Below the pieces are notes generated by a model. That model searched no databases, was not told the DNA's origin, and worked only from the letters and a program-made list of their open reading frames with translations. Of a stretch of DNA of 64,000 nucleotides, positions 21,007-31,331 are shown in pieces. Numbering within the stretch: position 1 is the stretch's first letter; each line of letters opens with the position of its first letter. The translations under genes and the position numbers were made by a program. The DNA lies in contig CALXWA010000003.1 in the NCBI GenBank assembly GCA_944392275.1, forward strand, positions 31,286 through 95,285, read 5' to 3'. This DNA comes from an uncultured Alphaproteobacteria bacterium (GTDB lineage: Bacteria; Pseudomonadota; Alphaproteobacteria; RF32; CAG-239).

Positions 21007-22218
21007 TTATTTTTTCAAAACAACAACACCCGGAAGCTCTTTGCCTTCCATCCATTCCAAGAAAGCCCCTCCGGCGGTTGAAATATAAGAAAACTTATTT
21101 TCTACACCGGCATTTGCCAAAGCAGAAACCGTATCTCCGCCGCCGGCAACGCTGGTTAATTTTCCGGCTTGGGTTAATTGGGCCGCGTGTTGAGCAACTT
21201 TGTTGGTTGCGTTATCAAACGGTTTCATTTCAAATACACCCAACGGACCATTCCAAACCAAAGTTTTAACTTCATCTAACTTGGCATTGATTGCGGCTAT
21301 TGTTTTTTCTCCAACATCCAACAAGCTCCAACCTTCGGCCGGGATGTGTTCTAAATCAACGGTTTTGTGTTCAGCCATTGGCTTAAATTCTTTAGAAACG
21401 ACGACATCAACTGGCAAAATAATTTCACAATTGTTGGCTTTGGCCGTTGCCATAATTTCTTTTGCGGTCTCTAACATATCTATCTGGACTAAAGAGTTGG
21501 CCTCGTTAATGGTATTGATGCCGTTTGCTTTCATAAAGGTATGAGCCATACCGCCGGAAATAACCAATTTATCAACCTTTTTGACCAAATTGTTTAATAA
21601 ATCTAATTTGGTTGAAACTTTTGATCCGCCGACAATAGCCATCAACGGACGTTGCGGATTATTTAACCCTTTGGTCAGGGCATTAACTTCTTCTTCCATC
21701 AAACGACCAAAAGCAGCCGGTTTGGTTTTAACAGCGGCTACCATTGAGGCATGAGCACGGTGTGCCGTAGAAAAAGCATCCGAAACATAAGCATCTACCG
21801 GTTTGGTTAACTCTTTGGCAAAATTTTCATCGCCTTTTTTCTCTTCATTATAATAACGAAGATTTTCCAATAACAAAACCTCATCGGCCTTCATGGATTT
21901 AATGGCATTTTCAACTTTCGGACCAATACAATCATCCACAAACACAACCTTTTTTCCCAAAGCTTTTTCTAAGGGTTTGGCAACATGGCTGAGAGAATTT
22001 TTAATATCTCCTTTTCCTTCCGGACGACCAAAGTGGGAAATGACAACAACCTTTGCTCCTTTTGACATCAACTCTTTAATGGTCGGAACCGTACGGTCAA
22101 TACGGGCGGTGTTGGTCACATTAAAATTTTCATCCATCGGAACATTTAAATCAGCACGCAACATGACAACTTTGCCATTTAAATTTCCTAAATCTTCAAT
22201 TGTTCTGTATTCACTCAT
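21007..22218 (-). CDS. pgk: Phosphoglycerate kinase
   Basis: Full-length PGK with the RADLNVP, GGGDT and AGGAFLE motifs. Confidence 0.95.
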   Translation of the reverse strand: MSEYRTIEDLGNLNGKVVMLRADLNVPMDENFNVTNTARIDRTVPTIKELMSKGAKVVVISHFGRPEGKGDIKNSLSHVAKPLEKALGKKVVFVDDCIGPKVENAIKSMKADEVLLLENLRYYNEEKKGDENFAKELTKPVDAYVSDAFSTAHRAHASMVAAVKTKPAAFGRLMEEEVNALTKGLNNPQRPLMAIVGGSKVSTKLDLLNNLVKKVDKLVISGGMAHTFMKANGINTINEANSLVQIDMLETAKEIMATAKANNCEIILPVDVVVSKEFKPMAEHKTVDLEHIPAEGWSLLDVGEKTIAAINAKLDEVKTLVWNGPLGVFEMKPFDNATNKVAQHAAQLTQAGKLTSVAGGGDTVSALANAGVENKFSYISTAGGAFLEWMEGKELPGVVVLKK

Positions 22219-22231
22219 GTGTTTTTCCTCT

Positions 22232-22272
22232 TACAAAAAAACAAAACCCCCTTGGAAAACCAAGAGGGGTTT
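22232..22272 (-). terminator. Intergenic hairpin/terminator between gap and pgk (possible attenuator)
   Basis: Hairpin acccccttggaaaaccaagaggggt followed on the minus strand by a U-run. Confidence 0.5.
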
Positions 22273-22283
22273 GCCTTGATTTA

Positions 22284-23375
<1,092 letters not shown>

Positions 23376-23583
23376 TCATATTTTTTCAAGATAAATTTAA
23401 GGTTACTCGCAAAACCTTTCTTTTTTTTATGAAAAATTTAACAGCTATTACTCTGCCGGCGGTTTTGTAAATGTTACCGATTTGGATGATATTTATGGAA
23501 TTGCCGAAGCTGAGTTCAATTCTACCTACAAAGAGGTGGATGAAAGCGGTCGCTTTATCTGATTTCGGTCTTATTAATTACGG

Positions 23584-23614
23584 CAGGGCATCTTTCAAAG
23601 ATGCCCTGTTTTTT
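23584..23614 (+). terminator. Orphan plus-strand Rho-independent terminator; possible 3' end of an sRNA
   Basis: Hairpin cagggcatctttcaaagatgccctg followed by TTTTTT. No plus-strand ORF of 60 aa or more lies upstream. Confidence 0.45.
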
Positions 23615-23615
23615 A

Positions 23616-24152
23616 TTACCACTTACCCCAATGAATTTTAGCCGGATCAAAACGATCGGTCGGTTGTTTTGGGGATTCGAGCGGATAGCCCATTGGAACG
23701 ATTGCAAACGGGCGAATATTTTCCGGAAGATGCAATCTTTCACGAAGAGCATCTACCACACGCTGCATCGGGGCAGCTCCGCAATAACAGGTTCCTATTC
23801 CTTTGGCCCAAGCCGCTAACAATAAACTTTGTGTTGCAATTGCACAATCAACGTCGATGAAACTCCATTTTTCATCTTCTTTATTGCGGTTGAATGATTT
23901 TTCAATATCTCCGCAAACAATAACAACACAGGAAGCATCTTTGGCAAAAGATGTCCAACGCTGAATATGACGCAATTCTGCTAAAAATTCGCGGTCTTCA
24001 ATCACCAAAAACTCCCAGGGTTGTTTATTGTGTGCCGTGGGGGAATATTGAGCGGCTTTGATAATTTCTTGAATTGTTTCTTTATCAATTTTTTTGGTGG
24101 TATCGTACTGACGAACCGAGCGACGGGTCAAAAGACCTTCCATTAGTTCCAT
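23616..24152 (-). CDS. Nitroreductase-family protein
   Basis: N-terminal LLTRRSVRQYD FMN-binding signature typical of the nitroreductase/NfnB family. Confidence 0.7.
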   Translation of the reverse strand: MELMEGLLTRRSVRQYDTTKKIDKETIQEIIKAAQYSPTAHNKQPWEFLVIEDREFLAELRHIQRWTSFAKDASCVVIVCGDIEKSFNRNKEDEKWSFIDVDCAIATQSLLLAAWAKGIGTCYCGAAPMQRVVDALRERLHLPENIRPFAIVPMGYPLESPKQPTDRFDPAKIHWGKW

Positions 24153-24222
24153 TAAATTTCTCCATTACCACAAAGCTAAACGAGATTTTTCTGGTAAAAA
24201 ACGTCGTCTTCTTTGCAGCCGG

Positions 24223-24825
24223 TTAATTAACAACTCTTTGCAAACTTTCAATACGGGGAAGGACGGAATTTTCTATAATAAAAGAAATCGTCTTTTCGGC
24301 CATAGCGTCCGTATGCTCAAGAGTGGTTTTAATTTCCGCCAATTTCTCTATTGAGTCAAGTTTTTTCTCTAATTTATTGTAAACGAGGGCAATATCGCTC
24401 AGCGAATCTATAACTTCTGCCAGATAGGCCGGAATCTTCAAATCCTTTTTGCCACCCCAAAAACCTTCGACAAACCCCAACTCTACTTCGGCATAACGCA
24501 AGGCACATGCCTCTTGGAGGTTGTTTTGGCTATATTTCACGGAGGGAAGTTTTACTTTATTTTGCTTTACTTGATGAAAAATTTCATCCCACAAACCCAT
24601 AAAAAACTTAAAAAACAAATCCGCTTCTTCTTTGGTCTCAAGCCGAGGACTGCGTCCTTCCGGCCAAAAGGATGATATAACATCTGAGGGACGCAAATCC
24701 AGATTAGGACTGCACAAAGCTCCCGCAAAACGCATTTTGATGACACTCAACGGCGTTTCGCAATGATAATGTTCTAACATTTTTACAAATTTATCATCAC
24801 CGATATATTTATTTTCAGTTTGCAT
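24223..24825 (-). CDS. UPF0149 (YgfB/YecA-like) family protein
   Basis: Size and N-terminal pattern (...RFAGALCSPNLDL...) resemble UPF0149. Weak. Confidence 0.35.
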   Translation of the reverse strand: MQTENKYIGDDKFVKMLEHYHCETPLSVIKMRFAGALCSPNLDLRPSDVISSFWPEGRSPRLETKEEADLFFKFFMGLWDEIFHQVKQNKVKLPSVKYSQNNLQEACALRYAEVELGFVEGFWGGKKDLKIPAYLAEVIDSLSDIALVYNKLEKKLDSIEKLAEIKTTLEHTDAMAEKTISFIIENSVLPRIESLQRVVN

Positions 24826-24892
24826 TTTTTTCTTCTTTTAGTATAGTGTGTTTAAGTTTTAAATTAAGTATAATTTAGTGGAGTTTTTTTAA

Positions 24893-25210
24893 TTGTCTAG
24901 GCTAAAATTTATCAGCTTGTTGTTTTTGGTGTTCTTTATCGGAGGGTGTTCCCTGTTTAAGCCTTTTGTGGACCGAAGAAGAGAAGCCGGAGCCAAAACA
25001 CCGGAAACGCTTTATGTCGGAGAGTCTACCCCCGAAAATCCGGCTATTTGCTATAATAAATGGTTTGCTTCTTATGCCGAGGTCAAAAAGCTCGCTGATG
25101 AAGAATGTGTTAAAAACGGTACCGGAACCAGAGCCGAGCCGGTCAAACAAACCTATTTTACTTGTCGGGTCTTTTTGCCGACACATCTTTATTTTAAATG
25201 TGTGAAATAA
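24893..25210 (+). CDS. Small lipoprotein, hypothetical
   Basis: TTG start with a GTGGAG RBS. Lipobox FIGGC. Four further Cys in the mature part. Confidence 0.45.
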   Translation: MSRLKFISLLFLVFFIGGCSLFKPFVDRRREAGAKTPETLYVGESTPENPAICYNKWFASYAEVKKLADEECVKNGTGTRAEPVKQTYFTCRVFLPTHLYFKCVK

Positions 25211-25232
25211 TTTTTTTAAGGATACCCTCATT

Positions 25233-26972
25233 ATGAATTTATCTTTAGATAACTTGATTAATCAAAAGCTTTTTGCTGCTTTTCAAAAGCTTGGTTTTGA
25301 CACAAAATATGCCGTTGCCAAAGTATCAGACCGTCCTGACTTGAGCGATTTTCAGTGTAACGGGGCTTTGGCTTTGGCAAAACAAGAGCACAAAAACCCT
25401 CGTGAAATCGGGATGGCTCTTGGTAAAATTTTAGAACAAGATGAAGATTTTGCAAAAGTATCCGTTGATGGACCGGGGTTTATCAACCTCACGCTTAAAG
25501 ATGAGTTTCTTGGCAAAATTATGGATCAGACCGCTGAAGATAAACGTTTTGGGATTCCCGAAGAAGAAAATAAACACTTGGTTGTGATTGATTCAGGCGG
25601 ACCTAATGTTGCTAAGGCTCTTCACGTGGGGCATTTACGCTCTGCCGTTATCGGAGAATCTATTCGCAGAATTGAAAAGTTTGTCGGTAATGAAGTAATA
25701 TCCGATGTCCATTTGGGGGACTGGGGAACGCCGATGGGAATGATTTTGTCTGAGATTATCCTTCAAGACGGGAATTTAGATAAAACTCAGACTTATAATA
25801 TTGATGAAATTTCGGCTTTTTATAAACGAGCAAATTTACGTTGCAAGGAAGACGAAAGTGCAAAAGAAAACGCCCGCTTAATTACGGCCGGTCTGCAAGA
25901 TGGAAATCCCGAATATCGCAAAGCTTGGCAACATTTACGCCAAGTTTCCGTTGCGGCGATTAAGAAAAATTATGAGGTTTTGCAAGCTCACTTTGATTTA
26001 TGGCTTGGGGAAAGCGATGCTCACAAAGCCAGTGGAGAAGTTGTTGAAAAAGCAAAAGCTCTGGGCTTGGCCGAAAAAGATGACGGAGCCTTGATTATCC
26101 GTTTGGATGAGGGAAACAAGCCCAAACCTCCGGTTATTTTAATCAAAAGTGATGGCGGGTTTGGCTACCAGATTACCGATATTGCCACCATCAAAATGCG
26201 TTATGAGGACCTTAAGGCAAAAGAAATTATTTATGTGGTCGATAAACGCCAAGCCTTGCATTTTGAGCAGGTTTTTGAAGCTGCTGAAAAACTTGGCCTT
26301 GCTCCGGGTGTAAAAATGGAGCATATCGGTTTTGGGACCGTTAACGGCAAAGACGGAAAACCGTTTAAAACCCGTGACGGCGGTGTGATGAATCTGGAAG
26401 ATCTTATTCATCTATCCAAAGAAAAAGTACGGGAATCTATCCCAAGTGCTGATGAGGTTGAAGGATATACGCCGGAAGATATTGAACGCTTGGTTGAGCA
26501 AATTGCCATCGGAGCGATTAAGTTTCAGGATTTACGCAACACAATTGGGTCCGGATATATTTTTGAGTTGGAAGATTTTGCCAAATTTGAGGGGAAAACA
26601 GGTCCCTATATTCAATACGCCATTGCTCGTATCAACTCCATTATCCGCAAAGCCGGAGAAAACGGAATTGTTGAAAGCAATATTGTTATTACCAACAAAG
26701 AAGAAAGAGATATGGCTTTGAAAATTGCCCAAATCGGGAACGTGGTCTTTCGTGCACATCTGGAAAAAGAGCCAAGCATTATTTCTGATTATGCTTATAC
26801 TTTGGCACAAACTTTTTCCAGCTTTTATAATTCTTCTTCGATTATGAATGCCGAAAGCAAGACGATTGCCGGTTCTCGGCTCAAGTTGGCTCGTTTGGTC
26901 AGAGATATCTTAAAACAACTTTTGTACTTGTTGGGAATTGAAGCTCCCGAAGTTATGTTGAAAAAAGCATAA
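25233..26972 (+). CDS. argS: Arginine--tRNA ligase
   Basis: HVGHLRS (HIGH-type) motif. 579 aa. C-terminal anticodon-binding DALR region. Confidence 0.95.
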   Translation: MNLSLDNLINQKLFAAFQKLGFDTKYAVAKVSDRPDLSDFQCNGALALAKQEHKNPREIGMALGKILEQDEDFAKVSVDGPGFINLTLKDEFLGKIMDQTAEDKRFGIPEEENKHLVVIDSGGPNVAKALHVGHLRSAVIGESIRRIEKFVGNEVISDVHLGDWGTPMGMILSEIILQDGNLDKTQTYNIDEISAFYKRANLRCKEDESAKENARLITAGLQDGNPEYRKAWQHLRQVSVAAIKKNYEVLQAHFDLWLGESDAHKASGEVVEKAKALGLAEKDDGALIIRLDEGNKPKPPVILIKSDGGFGYQITDIATIKMRYEDLKAKEIIYVVDKRQALHFEQVFEAAEKLGLAPGVKMEHIGFGTVNGKDGKPFKTRDGGVMNLEDLIHLSKEKVRESIPSADEVEGYTPEDIERLVEQIAIGAIKFQDLRNTIGSGYIFELEDFAKFEGKTGPYIQYAIARINSIIRKAGENGIVESNIVITNKEERDMALKIAQIGNVVFRAHLEKEPSIISDYAYTLAQTFSSFYNSSSIMNAESKTIAGSRLKLARLVRDILKQLLYLLGIEAPEVMLKKA

Positions 26973-27000
26973 AGTAGAAGTTATTTAGAGGCGAAACACC

Positions 27001-28299
27001 ATGTCTAAAATTAAAGATTTTTTGCAATCTCTCGGGGCACTGGCTTCGCCTTTAAGTGCTTTTTTTTCGGGAACGGTTTTAACTTGTGCCGCCTATGGTC
27101 TGTTGTCTTCAACCTTGGCTTTGCGGTTAAATGAGGCTAATGTTCCGACGTCTGATATCGGAATTATTTTGGCGGTTTATTATGTAGGGTATATTGCCGC
27201 CTCTTTATCTTCGTCCAAAATTATTAACAAAGTTGGGCATATCCGAGCTTTTTCCGCTTATTTATCAATCTTATCGGGGTTGGTTTTAATGCATGCTTTG
27301 TCTCCAAACCCTTGGTATTGGGCGGGATTGCGTATTGCCGAAGGCTATTGCTTGGGAGCTTCTTTTATGTGTTTGGAAAGTTGGCTCAACACCCGTGCAA
27401 AAAATGAAAATCGCGGCATTATTATGTCAATGTACATGGTAACGACTTATTTGGGCTCGGCTTGTGGTCAGCTTATGTTAAATATTCAAGATGAACGACC
27501 CTTTGTTGTTTTTACGCTTATCTCGATTATTTATTCGATTGCTTTGGTCCCGATTTCTTTAACGGCATTGCCGGCACCCGAAATCAAGCTCCAAAAAAGT
27601 ATGTCTCTTAAAAGATTATACAAAATTTCTCCGGTTGGGGTGATGGGGTGCGTTATCAGCGGGGTCATGGTCGGCTCAATTTATACGTTGGGAGCTTTGT
27701 ATGCCACTGAATGCGGCTTATCCATTGAAAGAACTTCTTTGTTTATGTTTTTTGTTATTATCGGCGGGATGCTGGCCCAAATTCCGGTCGGCAAAATTTC
27801 TGACCGCATGGATCGGCGTTTTGTCTTGCTTTGGGAAGCCGGGTTGATGTTTTTTATTGCCCCGTGGATGCATTATTTTTTGGATGAAAATTTAGTGTTG
27901 CTTATTATCGGGGCTTTGATTTTAGGGGCGACGATTTTTGTTATGTATCCGGTTTGTGTCTCCCATGTAAATGACCAAATTGAGGATAGCGAAAGGGTTT
28001 TGGCAAGTGGATTATTAATTTCTTTGCAAAGTATCGGTATGGTCTTTGGGCCGATTGCAATTTCTTTTGCCATGCAAGAATTTGGCAGTATCAGCTTTTT
28101 GATTGCTTTTTCTTTGGTCAATGGGGCGTATGTTCTATTTACCTTAAAGCACATTACGTTTCGTCCATCGGCCGGATATGTTTCTTCTACCCCGACGGCT
28201 CCGATTCCCGTTGCCCCGACACATATGTTTAATGAATTGGCGAAAGATGATTCCTTGCTTGATAAAGCAAAGAGTTTTTTAACAACTAAAAATCATTAA
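27001..28299 (+). CDS. MFS transporter
   Basis: About 12 TM segments. Conserved MFS loop motif GKISDRMDRR. Confidence 0.75.
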   Translation: MSKIKDFLQSLGALASPLSAFFSGTVLTCAAYGLLSSTLALRLNEANVPTSDIGIILAVYYVGYIAASLSSSKIINKVGHIRAFSAYLSILSGLVLMHALSPNPWYWAGLRIAEGYCLGASFMCLESWLNTRAKNENRGIIMSMYMVTTYLGSACGQLMLNIQDERPFVVFTLISIIYSIALVPISLTALPAPEIKLQKSMSLKRLYKISPVGVMGCVISGVMVGSIYTLGALYATECGLSIERTSLFMFFVIIGGMLAQIPVGKISDRMDRRFVLLWEAGLMFFIAPWMHYFLDENLVLLIIGALILGATIFVMYPVCVSHVNDQIEDSERVLASGLLISLQSIGMVFGPIAISFAMQEFGSISFLIAFSLVNGAYVLFTLKHITFRPSAGYVSSTPTAPIPVAPTHMFNELAKDDSLLDKAKSFLTTKNH

Positions 28300-28340
28300 A
28301 AAAAATACCGAGTTTGCACTCGGTATTTTTTTTGTTTTTA
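28299..28340. terminator. Bidirectional terminator between the MFS gene and the convergent flagellin gene
   Basis: Hairpin taccgagtttgcactcggta with an A-run before and a T-run after. Confidence 0.65.
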
Positions 28341-28349
28341 CGTTCCCGA

Positions 28350-29552
28350 TTAGAACAGGTTGAGAACAGCTTGGCTTGCTTGAGAAGACAAAGACAATGC
28401 ATTAATTGCAAGTTGTTGTCTGGTTTGCAAAGCCAACATGTTGGCTGATTCTTCGTTCATATCGGCCAAGGTCAAGTCATCGGCACCTTCGGTCAATACG
28501 TTAATCAAGTTTTCTGTAAACTCCTGACGAGTTTCGATTACGCTGTAAGAGCTACCTAAGTCCGATGCTACTTCACGAAGCTTGTTGGTGGCTGTTTCAA
28601 TCTTGATCAACATATCATCAATTGCTACGTTACTTGAGCTCAACTTTCCTTGGTTTACAGTAGTGTTGAGTTCGCTCTCGGAAACAACTTTGTAATTGTC
28701 GCCGTCTTCAACATAGTATTGTGTTGCACCGGTTGTATCTAATGTTGAGATGTTTCCGGCATCTGTTGCCGTGCCTTGAAGCTTATAATAGCTTGTAATA
28801 TCTGTTGATCCGTTGACGAAACTTGCCGTATCAACTTTGGTATAAGTTGTGCCATCAGCACTTAATTCATACAACTTATCACCTGTTGTGAATGTTCCTG
28901 TTGCTTTTTCAATGGTTGCTTTTTTGTAACCGCTAGGACCATCATATTTTGTATCAAATTCAGCATCTCTACCCCATTTTTCAGCGGCATCAAGACCTAA
29001 ACCATATTCAATTTCGTCATCGGCACCGGTTGAGCCAGATACCAAGTTAACACCTTTAACTTCAATAAAGGTACCATTGTCACCCATGTATTCGTTAAAA
29101 CGAACTTTTAAGGTATCCGCTTCGGCTTGTGTACCGGTATTGTAAATCAAGTTAATACCTTTGTAGTTGGCATCTTTAGCCAAATCATCAATCTTGCGGC
29201 GAAGATCATTCAAACGTGTTTGATATTTTTCACGTTCTTCCAAATCGGTTGTGTCACGAGCGGAGTTAGCAATTGATTTTGCTTGCTCTACCAAAGAGGT
29301 AATTGCTTCAATACCTTCGTTGGCGGCTTTAATCGTTTGAATACCTTGGGTCATGCTATCCATCAATGAAGAAAGGTCATTGGCACGATTGTTCAAAGAC
29401 TGTGCGGTATAATAGCTTGACGGGTTGTCAATTGCGGAATTAACTTTCAAACCCGTTGACAAACGGTTTTGTGTTGTACTCATCAAATCCGTGGTGTTTT
29501 TTAATGATAACAAGTTTGAACGCATGCTTGCGGTCAATGTAATTTCTGCCAT
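28350..29552 (-). CDS. fliC: Flagellin
   Basis: Conserved flagellin N-terminal (MAEITLTASMRSNLLSLKNTTDLMSTTQNRLSTGLKVNSAIDNPSSYYTAQ) and C-terminal (ANMLALQTRQQLAINALSLSSQASQAVLNLF) helical domains. Variable Thr/Gly-rich middle. Confidence 0.9.
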   Translation of the reverse strand: MAEITLTASMRSNLLSLKNTTDLMSTTQNRLSTGLKVNSAIDNPSSYYTAQSLNNRANDLSSLMDSMTQGIQTIKAANEGIEAITSLVEQAKSIANSARDTTDLEEREKYQTRLNDLRRKIDDLAKDANYKGINLIYNTGTQAEADTLKVRFNEYMGDNGTFIEVKGVNLVSGSTGADDEIEYGLGLDAAEKWGRDAEFDTKYDGPSGYKKATIEKATGTFTTGDKLYELSADGTTYTKVDTASFVNGSTDITSYYKLQGTATDAGNISTLDTTGATQYYVEDGDNYKVVSESELNTTVNQGKLSSSNVAIDDMLIKIETATNKLREVASDLGSSYSVIETRQEFTENLINVLTEGADDLTLADMNEESANMLALQTRQQLAINALSLSSQASQAVLNLF

Positions 29553-29711
29553 GTTTTTATCTCCAATACTGTGGATGCAGTCTTTTCGACTGCGGTTAAT
29601 CCTTAACTCTTCATATTGTCTTAAAGAGCCGCTATCGTTCTGTCTAGAGAACGAGTTAGCTTAATTGTGGCACAATAGAGTTAATAAAACCTTAAATTAT
29701 TTCTTTTTTAT

Positions 29712-29753
29712 ATAAAAAAAACGCCTTCTGAGTCACAAAAGGCATTTTTTTTG
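29712..29753 (-). terminator. Rho-independent terminator of gltX. Its structure is bidirectional and it insulates the flagellin promoter region.
   Basis: Hairpin gccttctgagtcacaaaaggc flanked by A8 and T8. Confidence 0.65.
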
Positions 29754-29765
29754 AAAATAATTATC

Positions 29766-31193
29766 CTAGGATAACTTTTTTATCGCATCTTGCAGACGCT
29801 TTAAGGTCTCCGTCTTGCCTATGATAACCGCAATTTCTGTTGCTCCGCCGGGGGTTGTTTCCTTCCCGCTGAGAGCTATTCTTAACGGGTATAAAACTTG
29901 ACCGTTTTTAACACCTAGCTCTTCGGCCAAGTGTTTTAGGCTAGCAAACAAGGCCTCATTGCTCCAATCCTCTTGAGATGATAAAGCTTCTAGTACTTTT
30001 GGCAATACCGACTTGGCAACTTCGGCATCCGTTTTCATTTTTTTATTGCTATATAGCTCGACCCCAAATGGCAAAACCGAACGGATAAAATCGGTTTGTT
30101 CGGTAATGTCTTGCAGGGTTTCTACTCGCGGCTGCAAGGTTTTGCTCAGAACTTTCAAGTTAACACTTGGTGACATCCCCTCATAATAGGGCAAGGCGAG
30201 CTCATGGAATTTTTCTTCACTTAACGCACGAATATAACACCCGTTCATCCAGGTTAGTTTGGTTATGTCAAAAATTGCCGGAGAACGATTTAATCTTTCA
30301 ACCGCAAAGCACTGCTTTAACTCATCCAAAGAAAAAATTTCTTGTTCCGTCCCCGGATTCCAACCCAAGAGAGCAATATAGTTGATAATGGCTTCCGGCA
30401 AATAGCCTTTTTTTACCAAATCTTGGAAAGAGGCATCGCCGTTTCTTTTGCTCAACTTGTGTTGGGCATCCTTCATAACGGGAGGAACATGGACATAAAA
30501 CGGATGTTCCCAGCCAAAATCTTCATAAATCAAATTATATTTCGGGGTTGAAGAAATATATTCATTCCCGCGGACAACATGGGTAATTTGCATTAAATGG
30601 TCATCTACCACATTGGCAAAATTGTATGTCGGTAAACCGTCTGATTTTAACAAAACGCCTTCATCCAACTCGTCATAATCAATTTCTATATCCCCGTAAA
30701 CTTCATCATGATATTTGGATTTTCCGGTTTTGTTAATGGTTTGGCGGATTACATAAGGCTCTCCGGCCGCAACACGCTTTTTGGCCTCTGCCAACGGAAT
30801 ATGTTTGCAAGGATCCTTAAACTTGATGTTTAGGGTTTCATCCTTTTCTTCTTCCGTATCATTCTTGGCACAAAAACAATAGTGCGCCCCGCCGAGCTCA
30901 ACCAATTTGTGGGCGTATTCGGCATAAATGTTCCGCCGTTCGGACTGAATATATGGTCCGTAATTGCCGCCGATATCCGGCCCTTCATCCCAATTCATGC
31001 CAACGGTTTTGAGAGTGGCATAGATAATATCCGTTGCCCCTTCAACATAACGTTTTTGGTCCGTATCTTCAATCCGGAGAATAAAATCACCGCCATTGGC
31101 TTTGGCAATTAAATATTCATACAATGCCGTACGCAAGTTACCAATGTGCATATAACCTGTCGGGCTGGGAGCAAATCTGGTTCGTATTTTCAT
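29766..31193 (-). CDS. gltX: Glutamate--tRNA ligase
   Basis: PSPTGYMHIGN (HIGH) and KLSKR (KMSKS) motifs. Start set to the ATG at 31193 (MKIRTRFAPSPTG), which has a GAGG RBS. The ORF-track start at 31268 adds 25 unsupported residues. Confidence 0.9.
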   Translation of the reverse strand: MKIRTRFAPSPTGYMHIGNLRTALYEYLIAKANGGDFILRIEDTDQKRYVEGATDIIYATLKTVGMNWDEGPDIGGNYGPYIQSERRNIYAEYAHKLVELGGAHYCFCAKNDTEEEKDETLNIKFKDPCKHIPLAEAKKRVAAGEPYVIRQTINKTGKSKYHDEVYGDIEIDYDELDEGVLLKSDGLPTYNFANVVDDHLMQITHVVRGNEYISSTPKYNLIYEDFGWEHPFYVHVPPVMKDAQHKLSKRNGDASFQDLVKKGYLPEAIINYIALLGWNPGTEQEIFSLDELKQCFAVERLNRSPAIFDITKLTWMNGCYIRALSEEKFHELALPYYEGMSPSVNLKVLSKTLQPRVETLQDITEQTDFIRSVLPFGVELYSNKKMKTDAEVAKSVLPKVLEALSSQEDWSNEALFASLKHLAEELGVKNGQVLYPLRIALSGKETTPGGATEIAVIIGKTETLKRLQDAIKKLS

Positions 31194-31331
31194 TCTTTTT
31201 TTACCTCTATCGTTATTTTGCTTGAGAGTAAAACATTTTCCCTTAACTGACAAGAGAGAACTCGACAATCCCCCATAAAAAAAGCCCTTATCTTTTTTGA
31301 TATGGGCTTGAGATAGAATTTGTTATACCTT

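Noticed and set aside
29640-29700. Possible sigma-28 promoter (TAAGGTTT ... GCCACAAT) upstream of flagellin
   Set aside because: Only 5 of 8 positions match the -10 consensus and the spacer is about 4 nt too long. It is kept only as a remark, not annotated as a feature.
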